Positions 19,645 through 30,757 of a stretch of DNA of 64,000 nucleotides are shown in pieces (the first letter of the stretch is position 1; every line of letters begins with the position of its first letter). The DNA lies in contig JAEOUA010000010.1 in the NCBI GenBank assembly GCA_016839555.1, positions 32,001 to 96,000 of the forward strand. Reading direction: 5' to 3'. A model generated the notes under the pieces. It was not told the origin of the DNA and ran no database searches. It saw only the letters and a program-made list of their open reading frames with translations. The position numbers and the translations under genes were made by a program. This DNA comes from Promethearchaeota archaeon. Lineage in GTDB: Archaea > Asgardarchaeota > Lokiarchaeia > Sigyniarchaeales > SOKP01.

Positions 19645-20979
19645 ATGAAAAAATCAATTGATACTAATTCTTCCAAAGAAAATGTATCCAGAGAAACAAA
19701 ATGGATTATTTTTTTAATAGGGCTTTCAGGTAACCTTGCATGGGCTGTGGAAAATCAATTTTACAACGTGTATATGTACAATAAAATTAGTCCCACACCT
19801 ATCTATATCTCAATAATGGTTGCGGCAAGTGCTATTGTAGCAGGAATTACTGCTATTATTATGGGAGCGTTAAGTGATATAAAAGGAAAAAGAAGACCGT
19901 TTATGCTTTTTGGTTTCATTTTCTGGGGAATCACTACAGCAATATATCCTTTAGCGGGAGTCTTTCGACCAGTACTATTAGCTATTGCCATAGCTATTCT
20001 TTTTGATTGTATAATGACGTATTTTGGGTCTACAGCGTTTGATGCGGTCTTTAGCGGATATTTTACCGATATTACCAACGAACAGAATAGAGGAAAAGCA
20101 TTAGGTGTTCTCCAAACTACAATGTTACTCTCAACTCTGGTTATTTATGGAATCTCAGGATTTATTATTGAAGGTTTTGAGGCGACGATTGGGTTCGGTT
20201 ATGAAATTTTCTTTGTTATTATGGGAGGATTTGCGATCCTTGGCATAATAGGTGCTTATATGTCTAAAGAGCCTGTTGGGCTAGAGCCTTCAGGATTGAG
20301 CTTAAAAGAACATGTAAAGAAATTATTCCGAAAAGATATGATAAAGGATAATAAGGACTGCTTTTTAATTCTCACTGGAATATTGATCTGGGCAACTGCA
20401 TTTTACATATTTTTCCCCTTTATACTCGTCTATTTACAGCACTACCTCGGATTTGACTTGTCGGCCTCTTCGATAATTGTATTCATTGGTTTTATAATCT
20501 GTATTATTCTAGCATATCCATTAGGTATGTATATAGATAAAATTGGAAGAAAGAAAATAACAATTGTTTGTGTCGTCGGTGACGGGCTATCCTTGTTTCT
20601 TTTCATCATTAGCGCTAATTTTTTTCTTTTAATCATAGCTGCAGTATTAATGCAATTATTCATGACAGGTTGGAATATGGCAGCAAATGCATGGATGAGA
20701 GACTTGTTTCCGGCAAGCCAAACTGGAGAATTCAGCGGATATTATACATTGTTCGCGGCTACTCTTCCAATGGTCATTGGTTCTCCTATCGGAGGCATAT
20801 TATCTAGTATATCTGGACAGAGGATCTTGATTGATGGGATTCCAGGATATGTTCCAACACCATTAATCTTTATAGTTGCTGCATTTATAATGATACCCGC
20901 AATTATTCCTTTGTTTTTCGCAAAAGAGACTAAAGGAAAATTGGTCTCAAAATCTAGTGCTTTAAAAAAACCAATGTAA
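19645..20979 (+). CDS. MFS transporter
   Basis: LAWAVENQF, GALSDIKGKRRPF, DKIGRK; about 12 TM. Confidence 0.9.
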   Translation: MKKSIDTNSSKENVSRETKWIIFLIGLSGNLAWAVENQFYNVYMYNKISPTPIYISIMVAASAIVAGITAIIMGALSDIKGKRRPFMLFGFIFWGITTAIYPLAGVFRPVLLAIAIAILFDCIMTYFGSTAFDAVFSGYFTDITNEQNRGKALGVLQTTMLLSTLVIYGISGFIIEGFEATIGFGYEIFFVIMGGFAILGIIGAYMSKEPVGLEPSGLSLKEHVKKLFRKDMIKDNKDCFLILTGILIWATAFYIFFPFILVYLQHYLGFDLSASSIIVFIGFIICIILAYPLGMYIDKIGRKKITIVCVVGDGLSLFLFIISANFFLLIIAAVLMQLFMTGWNMAANAWMRDLFPASQTGEFSGYYTLFAATLPMVIGSPIGGILSSISGQRILIDGIPGYVPTPLIFIVAAFIMIPAIIPLFFAKETKGKLVSKSSALKKPM

Positions 20980-21200
20980 TAACTCTAAAAAAATAATCTT
21001 TTATCTTCTTTATTTTTTTCTTTATCTTATCTTAAAACAAAATTTATGAGAAAAGATAGCTTAATTATTCAACTTAAATGATTTAAAAAACTATGATATT
21101 TCATTTTTACAGAAAAAAACATAACTTTTTAATTAAGATTTTTCTCATTTATATATAATTATTTATAGAGATAAAATAAAGCATACTGAGCTTAAAAAAA

Positions 21201-21917
21201 ATGTCAGTTATAGAAATAATTTATCATTCTTTAGGGTTTATTCTTTTATTATCGGTATTAATAGTAGCATTTAAGTTTTTCATTAATTATCGTTATACTG
21301 GTCAAAAGGAAATGATTGCGGGAGTTATCATACTAATTGCATTTCTATTTGGATTAATAATTACATCAATAAATTTGATCCTCGGTCTTTTCGGAACTCA
21401 ACTTCCGATAACTGAAACAGATTTACGGATGATTTCCCCCATATTTAATGCGATAATGGTAATAGGTTGGTTTTATGTATTTTATCAACTTATATATTCC
21501 ACCTCAAATAAAATGAAAATAATATTCTATAGTTTCACATTTATTAATCTTCTTTGGGTTGGAATCTATATAATTCTCGCATTTTCGATTGGTTTTTCTA
21601 ATATTGTCATTGTCCTAGAAATCTATGATATTTTTTCTTTGACTATAACTCTCATTACACTTGTTGTTTTAGCTATAAAATCAATTAGGTCTAAAGATAG
21701 AGTATTAAAATATAGGGGAATATTTTTAATTGTTGGTTTTCTACTCGCAGGAGGATCATTATTGTTTGATGATGGGATTTTTACTCCGGAGTTTCCTATC
21801 ATAGATCTCTTAGCAAGAATTGTCTTTATTATTGGTGTCTTTTTTATATATCAAGGATTCTTTTTAACCGAAGAGAGTAAAACTTATAAAGTATTAGGAA
21901 AATCTAATAAAGAATAG
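21201..21917 (+). CDS. 7-TM membrane protein (tandem paralogue 1)
   Basis: Seven hydrophobic segments; DLLAR in last helix; similar to 22102..22821. Confidence 0.8.
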   Translation: MSVIEIIYHSLGFILLLSVLIVAFKFFINYRYTGQKEMIAGVIILIAFLFGLIITSINLILGLFGTQLPITETDLRMISPIFNAIMVIGWFYVFYQLIYSTSNKMKIIFYSFTFINLLWVGIYIILAFSIGFSNIVIVLEIYDIFSLTITLITLVVLAIKSIRSKDRVLKYRGIFLIVGFLLAGGSLLFDDGIFTPEFPIIDLLARIVFIIGVFFIYQGFFLTEESKTYKVLGKSNKE

Positions 21918-22101
21918 ATGTAACAACAAGCAATATGCCGAGAACTCTTAAAATCTCAAAATAGATATACCCATTTTATTAATATCTTTCTTACTTTTTT
22001 TTTCAGATAAATAATATTCATAAATTATTTTAATGTTGATATAAAATATTATATATTAAAAGCAAATGTATAAATTTAAATAGCTGGATAAGTGAAAAAA
22101 A

Positions 22102-22821
22102 ATGGTCTTAGAAATAATATACCATTCATTAGGCTTTTTGATTATGCTTTTAATGGTATTAGTTGCTGTAAAATTTTTTATAAATTATAAATATACGGGT
22201 CAAAAAGAGTTAATTGCTGGTGTGATTTTTGCAATAGCTTTCCTCGCTGGTTTGTTTTATTTTAGCTTCAAATTTTTATTAGGTGCCTTCGGAATTGATA
22301 TATCTGTTGATAATAGAACATTACTCTTTATAAACTTTGGTTTCATTTTTCTTGTAATGCTTTCTTGGTTCTATATCTTTTATCAATTTTTATATCCGAA
22401 TAATAACTCAGTAAGGATTCTTTTTTATTTACTGGTGGTTTTAAATGTCATATGGGAGAGTTTCTTTATTTCTGTAATCTTTTTCAGCTCTATTCTACTT
22501 GAAACAGTTGAAATTATTGTATTCGTATATGATATGTTCGCGCTCATTTTAACGGGAGTTTTTGTTTTAATTTTAGCTATAAAGTCAATGATTTCAAAAG
22601 ATAAAGTTTTGAAATATAGAGGGCTATTTTTGTTGATAGGTTTTATACTAGGGGGCGGATCATTGGTGTTTGATAATGGAATATTTAATGCTGAGCAAGC
22701 TATAATTGATATTATCGCAAGACTTGCTTTAATACTTGGTATATTTATAATCTTTTTCGGTTTCTTTATGACTTCGGAAAGTAGAATCTATAAATTATTA
22801 TTTGAAAAAAAAACTGAATAG
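22102..22821 (+). CDS. 7-TM membrane protein (tandem paralogue 2)
   Basis: Shared EIIYHSLGF, KFFINYxYTGQKE, SKDxVLKYRG, GGSLxFD, DIIAR. Confidence 0.8.
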   Translation: MVLEIIYHSLGFLIMLLMVLVAVKFFINYKYTGQKELIAGVIFAIAFLAGLFYFSFKFLLGAFGIDISVDNRTLLFINFGFIFLVMLSWFYIFYQFLYPNNNSVRILFYLLVVLNVIWESFFISVIFFSSILLETVEIIVFVYDMFALILTGVFVLILAIKSMISKDKVLKYRGLFLLIGFILGGGSLVFDNGIFNAEQAIIDIIARLALILGIFIIFFGFFMTSESRIYKLLFEKKTE

Positions 22822-22843
22822 TAAAACAAAAAGAGAAACTATA

Positions 22844-23854
22844 ATGACAGCAAAAAAAGTAATAATTGATACAGATAACACGATGGGGAAACCATTTCTC
22901 TGGAATGATGATGGCTTGGCAATTCTCTATTCTTTTGGTCAAGAAGAGTTTGAGATTTTAGGAATAACAACTGTCTTCGGCAATTCATCCGGTAAAAATG
23001 TATTTAAGACAACTAAAAAATTCTTAAAGGCAATTGGAAAAGAAGAGATTCCTTTAAAGAAAGGCGCACCCAAGAAAGAAAAAATAAATACAGAGGCAGC
23101 TGAATTTCTTGCTGACATCGTCGCATCCAATCCAGGTGAAATAACAATATTAACATTAGGTCCTGTTACGAACCTTTATGCTGCCCATCTCATAGATAAA
23201 AATTTCTATAAAAACTTAAAAGAAATTATTTTAATGGGAGGCATTACTAAAGAACGATTGGAAATAGGGCGAATTAAAATGAAAGATGCTAATTTAAAGA
23301 ATGATCTTCAAGCAGCTAAAGATGTGTTAAATGCTGAATGTCCTGTAACAATAATAAATTGTCATATCTGTAAACAAGTACCGTTCAGGCGTGAGCATAT
23401 GAAGAAAGTACAATTTTGGCCTGAAAAGATATTAGAAAAAATAGAAAATGAATTTTGGGTTCATCAAAAAGTACATCATTTGGACCACATCTTTATTTGG
23501 GATGTATTAGTACCGGTCTATTTGACAAATCCAGAGCTTTTTGAAAAGAACGAAATTACTATAAAAGCATCTAAGATTGAAGATATCGAAGATGGTAGAT
23601 TAAAAAGTATAAAAAGTCGCGGAGTAATGGTTAATATGCCTACTAAGGTTTTAGACAAGAAAAAATTCTATGAATTAATCATCTCTTCATGGAAAACCTT
23701 TCATGACCAAATAATGCAAAAAAATGAGGAATATAAAAACTTCAAATTTAATAAGGTTAAATTAGCAATTATGAAGAGATTATTTGCGCTATTAATTCCA
23801 CTCTTGTTAAAAATGATGTATAAGAAAAAAGGCGATTATTATTACGAGGAATAG
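22844..23854 (+). CDS. Inosine/uridine-preferring nucleoside hydrolase family protein
   Basis: IIDTD..DDG, GITTVFGN, LGPVTNL, LMGG, WD; ATG 22844 preferred over overlapping TTG 22802. Confidence 0.9.
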   Translation: MTAKKVIIDTDNTMGKPFLWNDDGLAILYSFGQEEFEILGITTVFGNSSGKNVFKTTKKFLKAIGKEEIPLKKGAPKKEKINTEAAEFLADIVASNPGEITILTLGPVTNLYAAHLIDKNFYKNLKEIILMGGITKERLEIGRIKMKDANLKNDLQAAKDVLNAECPVTIINCHICKQVPFRREHMKKVQFWPEKILEKIENEFWVHQKVHHLDHIFIWDVLVPVYLTNPELFEKNEITIKASKIEDIEDGRLKSIKSRGVMVNMPTKVLDKKKFYELIISSWKTFHDQIMQKNEEYKNFKFNKVKLAIMKRLFALLIPLLLKMMYKKKGDYYYEE

Positions 23855-24021
23855 AAATAAATTACACATATAATCACAAAATTCTTTTTTATTCTACACC
23901 TTTTTATTTATCTTTTTATTAAAAGGATATTTACTACTTAATGAGATAAAACGAATGAAATAATTTTCATTGGATCTTTAAATAATAAATTAAATTCTAA
24001 TTAGTTAATTTTGAATCTAGT

Positions 24022-25122
24022 ATGAGAAAAATTGGATTAATAGTAAATCCTATAGCGGGTATGGGGGGGTCCGTAGGATTAAAGGGAACAGATGGAGAAA
24101 TTTATAAGAAGGCTATTGAATTAGGGGCTGAACCAGTCACACCCAAAAGAATTGAAAGATTTTTATCTAATATTAAACAAAAAGAGAATTTATTATTTTT
24201 AGTGGCGTCCGGTAAGATGGGAGAAAACTATTTAAAAGATCTTAATTTTAATTTTGAAGTTGTCGGTGAAATTGCTGAAAAAACTACCGCCGATGATACA
24301 AAAAGAATAGCAAAAGAAATGTTAAAAAAACATATTGAAATACTGATCTTTTGTGGTGGAGATGGAACCGCAAGAGATATTTATGATGTGGTTGACTTAA
24401 AAATCCCGGTTATTGGTATTCCATCTGGAGTAAAAATGTTTAGTTCTATTTTTGCGATAAATCCACAAGCAGCATATAATCTACTGGAAAGTTTTTTAGA
24501 AGGATCAGAGCTTCAAGAAAATGAAGTCCTTGATATTGATGAGAAAGCATTTCGAGAAGATAAACTTGATTCAAAACTCTATGGATATTTAAAAATTCCT
24601 AAGGTTAGACAATTTATTCAAGGGGGTAAAAAAGCATCTGGAAAAAAAAGAAGTGAAGCAGAAAATAAAATACAGATTGCAAAATATATAATTGATGATA
24701 TGAAGGAGAATGTTGTATATTTTTTAGGCCCAGGAACAACCGTAAAATCGATTTCAAACGAACTTAATATACCCAAATCACTCTTAGGGATTGATGCCAT
24801 ATATAATAAAGAATTATTAGAGAAGGATATAAATGAAGCAAAAATTTTGGAAATTTTAGAAGAATATAATAATGGGAAAATTGTAATTTCGCCGATAGGA
24901 GGGCAAGGTTTTATTTTTGGGAGAGGTAATAAACAGTTTACACCTGAAGTTATAAAGAAAATTGGAAGAGAAAATATTATTGTGGTTTCTACTGAGGAGA
25001 AATTAAAAGAGCTTAATTGCCTGCGAGTTGATACTGGCGATTTAGAAGCAGATAATATGCTAAAAGGGTTTAAAAAAGTTATCGTTGGTTCTAAAGAAAA
25101 AGAACTTATTGAAGTGAAATAA
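24022..25122 (+). CDS. ATP-NAD kinase family protein (COG3199-type)
   Basis: VNPIAGMGG.VGLKGTDG, GGDGTARD, GVKM.S, GGQGFIFGRGN, LRVDTGD. Confidence 0.9.
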   Translation: MRKIGLIVNPIAGMGGSVGLKGTDGEIYKKAIELGAEPVTPKRIERFLSNIKQKENLLFLVASGKMGENYLKDLNFNFEVVGEIAEKTTADDTKRIAKEMLKKHIEILIFCGGDGTARDIYDVVDLKIPVIGIPSGVKMFSSIFAINPQAAYNLLESFLEGSELQENEVLDIDEKAFREDKLDSKLYGYLKIPKVRQFIQGGKKASGKKRSEAENKIQIAKYIIDDMKENVVYFLGPGTTVKSISNELNIPKSLLGIDAIYNKELLEKDINEAKILEILEEYNNGKIVISPIGGQGFIFGRGNKQFTPEVIKKIGRENIIVVSTEEKLKELNCLRVDTGDLEADNMLKGFKKVIVGSKEKELIEVK

Positions 25123-25146
25123 AAAGAATAAACTTTTCGATGAAAA

Positions 25147-26124
25147 ATGAAAGAAATAAGATTAGATAAAAATGAAATGCCTTATCCGCCTCCAAAAAGC
25201 ATCAGAGATTCCATAAAAGAATTATTAAAAAATATAAATCGGTATACGCCTCAAGAACTAGTTAACGAATTACTGTATGTATTATCTAAATATAATAATA
25301 TAGAGAAAGAGACCATAATATTAAGTTCTGGCTCAGATATTTTAATTAAGGAATTTATTTTTCTTTTTTCGGAACTTAGTCAATTAATCATTGCCGACCC
25401 AACATTTATCATAATTAATAATGCAGCCATGAAAAGCTCTTCAGAACTTTTAAAAGTTAAGCTCTCTGAGCCAGAATTTAAATTTCCGGTAGATTTCATT
25501 AGAAATGAATTAGATAAACCTACTTTAATCGTATTAGACAATCCAAATAATCCCACAGGCAAATTAATTATAACACAAGAAGAAGTAAAAGCTCTCTTAA
25601 AAAATGAAAATATCATTCTATTAATTGATGAAGCTTATTATGAATTTTCTGGGATTACATTTCTTCCTTTAATCAAAGTATTTCCTAACCTCGCTATATT
25701 AAGGACGTTAAGTAAATCATTTGGATTAGCTGGCTCGGGAATAGGCTATTTATTGGCTGGAAAAAAGATTCAAGAGAAATTCGAGGGATTAGAGATTATG
25801 CTTCCATCTCCTAGCGTGATAGGTGCTATATCAGCCTTGAATGAAAAAGGCTATATGGGTGAATATATAAAGCATGTAAATGAAGAAAAGAAGAAAATAA
25901 TAGAGCAACTTAATGATCTGGGAGTAATTTGTTATCCAAGTAGCACTAATTTTCTATTAGTGAAAACAAACACTCCTAATATAGCTAAAAAATTAGCCGA
26001 GAAAGGAGTATACGTCTATGATGCCTCCAATTATTTTAATTCGAATTATATCAGAGTGACGATTGGTTCCAATAATGAAAATGAATATTTTTTACAAAGT
26101 ATGAAAGAAATTATAAAAAAATAG
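25147..26124 (+). CDS. Class I/II PLP aminotransferase, HisC-like
   Basis: LDKNE.P, NPNNPTG, DEAYYEF, RTLSKSFGLAG, RVTIG. Confidence 0.85.
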   Translation: MKEIRLDKNEMPYPPPKSIRDSIKELLKNINRYTPQELVNELLYVLSKYNNIEKETIILSSGSDILIKEFIFLFSELSQLIIADPTFIIINNAAMKSSSELLKVKLSEPEFKFPVDFIRNELDKPTLIVLDNPNNPTGKLIITQEEVKALLKNENIILLIDEAYYEFSGITFLPLIKVFPNLAILRTLSKSFGLAGSGIGYLLAGKKIQEKFEGLEIMLPSPSVIGAISALNEKGYMGEYIKHVNEEKKKIIEQLNDLGVICYPSSTNFLLVKTNTPNIAKKLAEKGVYVYDASNYFNSNYIRVTIGSNNENEYFLQSMKEIIKK

Positions 26125-26229
26125 TAATTAAAAATCTTTAAGAATAATCTCGAAAAATTTTTAATATTAAAACTCAAAATAAAGGTATAAAAAAAATAAT
26201 TAGTTAATTCTATATAATTGGTGATTTAA

Positions 26230-27063
26230 ATGGTTAAAGATATTAAAAATGTAGCAGTAATAGGATCAGGATTTACTGGAAAACAAATTGCGGCGAGAAG
26301 TGCTCTCTATGATTTTAAAACATATCTATATGATATAGATTCTATAGCTTTAAAAGAAGCAGAAAAACTTTTAGATAAAATGTTTCGCCCTAAAGATAAA
26401 AAACTTAAGCGAGATAATTTGATATTAACGGAAGATCTTTCTCAAGCATTAAAAAATGCAGATCTTGTGATTGAGGCGGTTCCTGAGGATGTAGAAATTA
26501 AAAAAAAGGTATTTAGTCAAATTGATGAGCTTGCTCCACCTCATACAATTATCGGAACAAATAGTTCTTCTTTTCCTGTTTCGAAAATGGAGAATGCCGT
26601 GAAACGTAAGGATAAATTGTTGAATATCCATTTTTATCCTCCCATTCCCCTTCGCCCCATGGCTGATATCATGAGAGGAAGCGAAACAAGCGAAGAAACT
26701 TTTCAGAAGGGCAAAAAATGGATTGAAGATATAGATTGTACCCCATTAATAGTTAAAAAAGAAATTATGGGATTTGTTTTCAATAGGATCTGGCGAGCGG
26801 CAAAGAGAGAAGCCCTCCATATGTGGGCGGGAGGATATGTTGATTTTGAGACAATAGATACTGCGTGGAAGATTTTTACCGGTATGAATATGGGGCCCTT
26901 CGAGCTCATGGATGGAGTAGGCTTAGATATTACTTATAATGTCGAAATGTCTTATTATAAGGAAAGTGGAGACCCAAAGGATAAACCTCCAGAAAAATTA
27001 AAGGAAAAACTAGAACGAGGAGAATTAGGATTAAAAACCAAAAAAGGTTTTTACAAATGGTAA
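26230..27063 (+). CDS. 3-hydroxyacyl-CoA dehydrogenase family protein
   Basis: GSGFTG, IEAVPE, TNSSS, GFVFNRIW, GPFELMDGVGLD, KGFY. Confidence 0.9.
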   Translation: MVKDIKNVAVIGSGFTGKQIAARSALYDFKTYLYDIDSIALKEAEKLLDKMFRPKDKKLKRDNLILTEDLSQALKNADLVIEAVPEDVEIKKKVFSQIDELAPPHTIIGTNSSSFPVSKMENAVKRKDKLLNIHFYPPIPLRPMADIMRGSETSEETFQKGKKWIEDIDCTPLIVKKEIMGFVFNRIWRAAKREALHMWAGGYVDFETIDTAWKIFTGMNMGPFELMDGVGLDITYNVEMSYYKESGDPKDKPPEKLKEKLERGELGLKTKKGFYKW

Positions 27064-27244
27064 ATCTCGGAAAATTTAGGGTTTAAGTTATCCTTTTTTG
27101 TCCTTTTTAATTTAACTCTTTTTGAAAAAGAATCAAAATCTAAAAAACTTTTTTTAAAAAAAATCCCAATTCATATCTTATCAAAATTCTTATATATTTT
27201 TTTATCTAAATTATTAATTAACTAATAAAAAATATAAAATAAAA

Positions 27245-28153
27245 ATGAAACCAGACCTTCTTACTCAAAAAAAGGTTATTATAACAGTTGCAATCACGGG
27301 TGGAGCCCACGGAAAATGGGCTAATCCAAACTTACCTATTACTCCTGAAGAGCAAGCGCAAGCCGCTCTCGAATGTTATAATGCAGGCGCAGCTATATGT
27401 CATCTCCACGTACGAGGAGAAGATGGGCAAAATACTCCTAACATAGATGTATATAATAAAGCAGTCAAACTAATTAAAGAAAAATGTCCAATTATCGTTC
27501 AAATTGGGAATGGAATAGGAGCATGGATTGAACATGGAGTAAAGGTAAGTAGTAGTGGGAAACCATATGGTCAAGCAATTATAATGGCTTCCCTCAAGCA
27601 ACGATTAAACTTATTTACTATTTCCCCTCAACCAGAGATGTTTACGATTAATGCAGGTACTTTTGAATTCAGAACACGATATGGAAGCCACACATTCGAC
27701 AATCCTTTAAAATTTAATCAGAGATTTGTAAAACAATGTAAAAAATTAGGTTGTGGGATTGAAATTGAGGTATATGATTCCGGTCATATTTCCAATATTA
27801 TGGATTTAGTTGATATGAAAGTTCTAGAACCCCCCCTCCATTTCAGTTTAGTTTTAGGTATAAAGGGTGGCGCTCCCGCTACGGTAGAAAATTTACTACA
27901 TTTGGTTCATCAACTTCCAGAGGATTCTACATGGCAAGTCGTGACTATTGGAAGATTTAATCTCAGAACAACAGTTATTGCTATGTGTATGGGAGGAAAT
28001 ATTAGAACGGGCTTAGAAGATACTATTTATTATGATAAAGGAGAGCTCGCAGCGGGGAATGCTCAACTTGTGAAACGGATGGTAAGATTAGCTAAAGAAA
28101 TTGGAAGAGAACCCGCCAGTGTGAATGAAACAAAAAGTATGCTCAATTTATAA
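27245..28153 (+). CDS. Beta-keto acid cleavage enzyme (Kce/BKACE family)
   Basis: ITVAITG, NLPITPEE, AGAAICHLHVR, EIEVYD.GH, RTGLED. Confidence 0.92.
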   Translation: MKPDLLTQKKVIITVAITGGAHGKWANPNLPITPEEQAQAALECYNAGAAICHLHVRGEDGQNTPNIDVYNKAVKLIKEKCPIIVQIGNGIGAWIEHGVKVSSSGKPYGQAIIMASLKQRLNLFTISPQPEMFTINAGTFEFRTRYGSHTFDNPLKFNQRFVKQCKKLGCGIEIEVYDSGHISNIMDLVDMKVLEPPLHFSLVLGIKGGAPATVENLLHLVHQLPEDSTWQVVTIGRFNLRTTVIAMCMGGNIRTGLEDTIYYDKGELAAGNAQLVKRMVRLAKEIGREPASVNETKSMLNL

Positions 28154-28417
28154 GTTATTTTTTTTAATAATCTTGGAACTCAAACATTATTAGATTTTTT
28201 TATGTTTTTTATATTAAATTTTATTGAAATTTAAGTATTAATAGTGAATTTAATACAAAATTAAAATTTTTATTAAACATCTAATTAAAACTTACTTTTT
28301 TGGATCTAATTAATCATTTTTAAATGTTTTGATTTATAATCATATTTATATACACAAATTATCTTAACTTAAGTAAGAATTATTATAATTTTTATTAATT
28401 GATTTGCATAGATTATT

Positions 28418-28666
28418 ATGAATGGAATGAAACCTTTTTACATTGGAAAATTCAGAGGCAGAATAAAATCGTATCTCAAGGTTGAAAGTTTTACCGTAGA
28501 TGATGTTATTGAGGATGTTTTGGCCCGAATTCCTCGTGATGATGATGGAGAATTAAAGATTTATAAAATTAATATCATTTCAGGTGAGAAAAGGTTAGTG
28601 AAAAAGGTTTTAATTATAAACGAATTATTTATTTCGGAAAGAGAAGAAAGAACCCTAATTCATTAA
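28418..28666 (+). CDS. Small hypothetical protein
   Basis: 82-aa ORF with protein-like composition in an otherwise very AT-rich spacer. Confidence 0.6.
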   Translation: MNGMKPFYIGKFRGRIKSYLKVESFTVDDVIEDVLARIPRDDDGELKIYKINIISGEKRLVKKVLIINELFISEREERTLIH

Positions 28667-29281
28667 GATTTTTAGAAATAAAAATATAGTATTCATAATT
28701 TTTTTAAAGTTTGTATCTGTTTCTCAATTCTTAAAAAAATAAAAAAATGCTATTGATATATTCTGGATATTACATCATTTAATAATTTTGCATTTTCTCT
28801 TTAATTATTTAAATGGAATTATTAGAAACCGAGATTGAAATTTATAATAGTAAGTTAAGATTATTCAATTGGTTATATGAGGAGATGCAACTATTTTACA
28901 GCGATTTAAGGGAAGAAATTAATCAGAAAGGAAAAAATTTACCCATAAATCTTTAAATAGTAATCTTCATAAAAGAGAATTCAAAAAGCTTGAAAAATTA
29001 CGCTTTTTTTATAATAATTCTTCTTGATTCCTTTAGTAGGGAGTAATGATATTTATTAACATTAAGATCGAAAAATAGATCGTGAAATCTGGCTTTCACG
29101 AACATATACCTATATGCCCATAATATAGATGTATATTCAATTTAGAGGAAAAGATTAGGAATATAATGAAATATAATTATTAATCAAAGGTGAAAAATTC
29201 AGAAGAAGATTATTCTTCTTATTTCAGTAGCAAAAAATTTAAAATTAAAATTAAAGTGAAATAAAAATAAAAAAAAGATAT

Positions 29282-30757
29282 TTATTTTGTTAATTCAGGA
29301 TGTTTTGCTAATTCTTCTCTCATTTTCAAAAGTCTATCACCGTGAAGCTTGTACAACTTGAAAAATAGTATGGATACCAAGCAACCAAGCGCTGGGAATA
29401 AGAAAATTATTAATTTCAATCCGAGTATAACATCAACTCCGCCTTGAGGTTTATAGCCTCCTGCCCAACTGGTCCCTTGAAAGACTATAAATATGGTTAA
29501 CATTGTAAGGATTGTACTAATCCTATGAATAAATGCATTAATCCCATAGAACACACCAGATCTTTTCACACCAAAATTAAGAGCATCTTCGTCTATAATG
29601 TCGCCATGAATAATATCAACATAAAATAATGCGCCTCCTAAGCCAAGTCCTTGTAATGCAGTGATTAATATACCAAGGATCTCCATTGTTCCAAAACCCC
29701 CAGCTTCACCTAATCTAATCACCTGGCCAAGGATTTCTATATCTACATAATTTTGCGCACCAGGTCCTAAAAAGAAATAGGGTACTAATAAAACAATCCA
29801 CAATCCTAATGTAATCATAATAGCATTACGCATTCCAACTTTTGATCCAAGCCACTTATGAAAAGGTAATACTAATGCAGCTACTAATAATGCACTCAAA
29901 AGAGAAATTGTTTTCAAAAATGCTAAATTGGGAGGAATATCAATAACATATTCAAAGTAGAGTGGGAAGATAGTAATTAATGTATTAAATACATACCATA
30001 TCATCGTATTTGCAATAACAAATTTCACGAATGTTTTATTTTTCAATGTAATTTTTAAAGATTGGAAAAAGCTTGGTCGCTTTGCTTCTAATTCATCTGA
30101 GATCCTCTTTTCTTTTATTCCTTTTAATAAAAATGGTACAGCAAAAACGATTACAACAATAGCTAAATAAATGCCCCAAATTGGATAAGCCGTTTTTAAT
30201 TGAGAGACGGTTACATTTCCTTTAGGAGTCTGAGGGGTGAGTGTCGGAATAGCAGCAAGCATAACAGCAAGTACTGTGAATCCCTTTATAAATATATTGG
30301 TTTGAGCTCGTTTAGATTCAGAGGTAAATTGTTCTGGAAAAATAGCGTTTACGTTTACGTCAAAAAGCGTATAAAAGAATTCAAACAGGATGATAATAGC
30401 TAAGAAGTAGGAAAATTCAGGAATTTTAGATTCCGTTGAAAATGGTACGAAAAAGAGAAAGAACATAGATAGTGCAAGGGGTACAATTGAGAGGATTAAA
30501 TAATATTTTCTCTTTCCTAATTTTCCTTTTTGTTTCGTTTTTTCTGATAACGCTCCCAAGATGGGGTCGTTTATCATATTCCAGAAGGTCCAAATTATAA
30601 ATCCAATCCATACTAAATTCCCTAATTGTATTACAGAGAAATAATATGTAAATACCAGCAGAGAAAATGCTTGATATGTTGCTTGGTCGGGGATTGCGGA
30701 TAAACCGAAGAGCACTCTTTCTTTTAATGGAACTCTTTCTGTATCTTCTTGACTCAT
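29282..30757 (-). CDS. MFS transporter, GPH/MelB family
   Basis: WNMINDPILGALS, FPEQF, DEDALNFGVKRSGVFYG; paralogue of 1479..2903. Confidence 0.9.
   Translation of the reverse strand: MSQEDTERVPLKERVLFGLSAIPDQATYQAFSLLVFTYYFSVIQLGNLVWIGFIIWTFWNMINDPILGALSEKTKQKGKLGKRKYYLILSIVPLALSMFFLFFVPFSTESKIPEFSYFLAIIILFEFFYTLFDVNVNAIFPEQFTSESKRAQTNIFIKGFTVLAVMLAAIPTLTPQTPKGNVTVSQLKTAYPIWGIYLAIVVIVFAVPFLLKGIKEKRISDELEAKRPSFFQSLKITLKNKTFVKFVIANTMIWYVFNTLITIFPLYFEYVIDIPPNLAFLKTISLLSALLVAALVLPFHKWLGSKVGMRNAIMITLGLWIVLLVPYFFLGPGAQNYVDIEILGQVIRLGEAGGFGTMEILGILITALQGLGLGGALFYVDIIHGDIIDEDALNFGVKRSGVFYGINAFIHRISTILTMLTIFIVFQGTSWAGGYKPQGGVDVILGLKLIIFLFPALGCLVSILFFKLYKLHGDRLLKMREELAKHPELTK

Noticed and set aside
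21201-22821. Functional rhodopsin (helio- or schizorhodopsin)
   Set aside because: No Schiff-base Lys in helix 7 and no RYxxW motif in helix 3.
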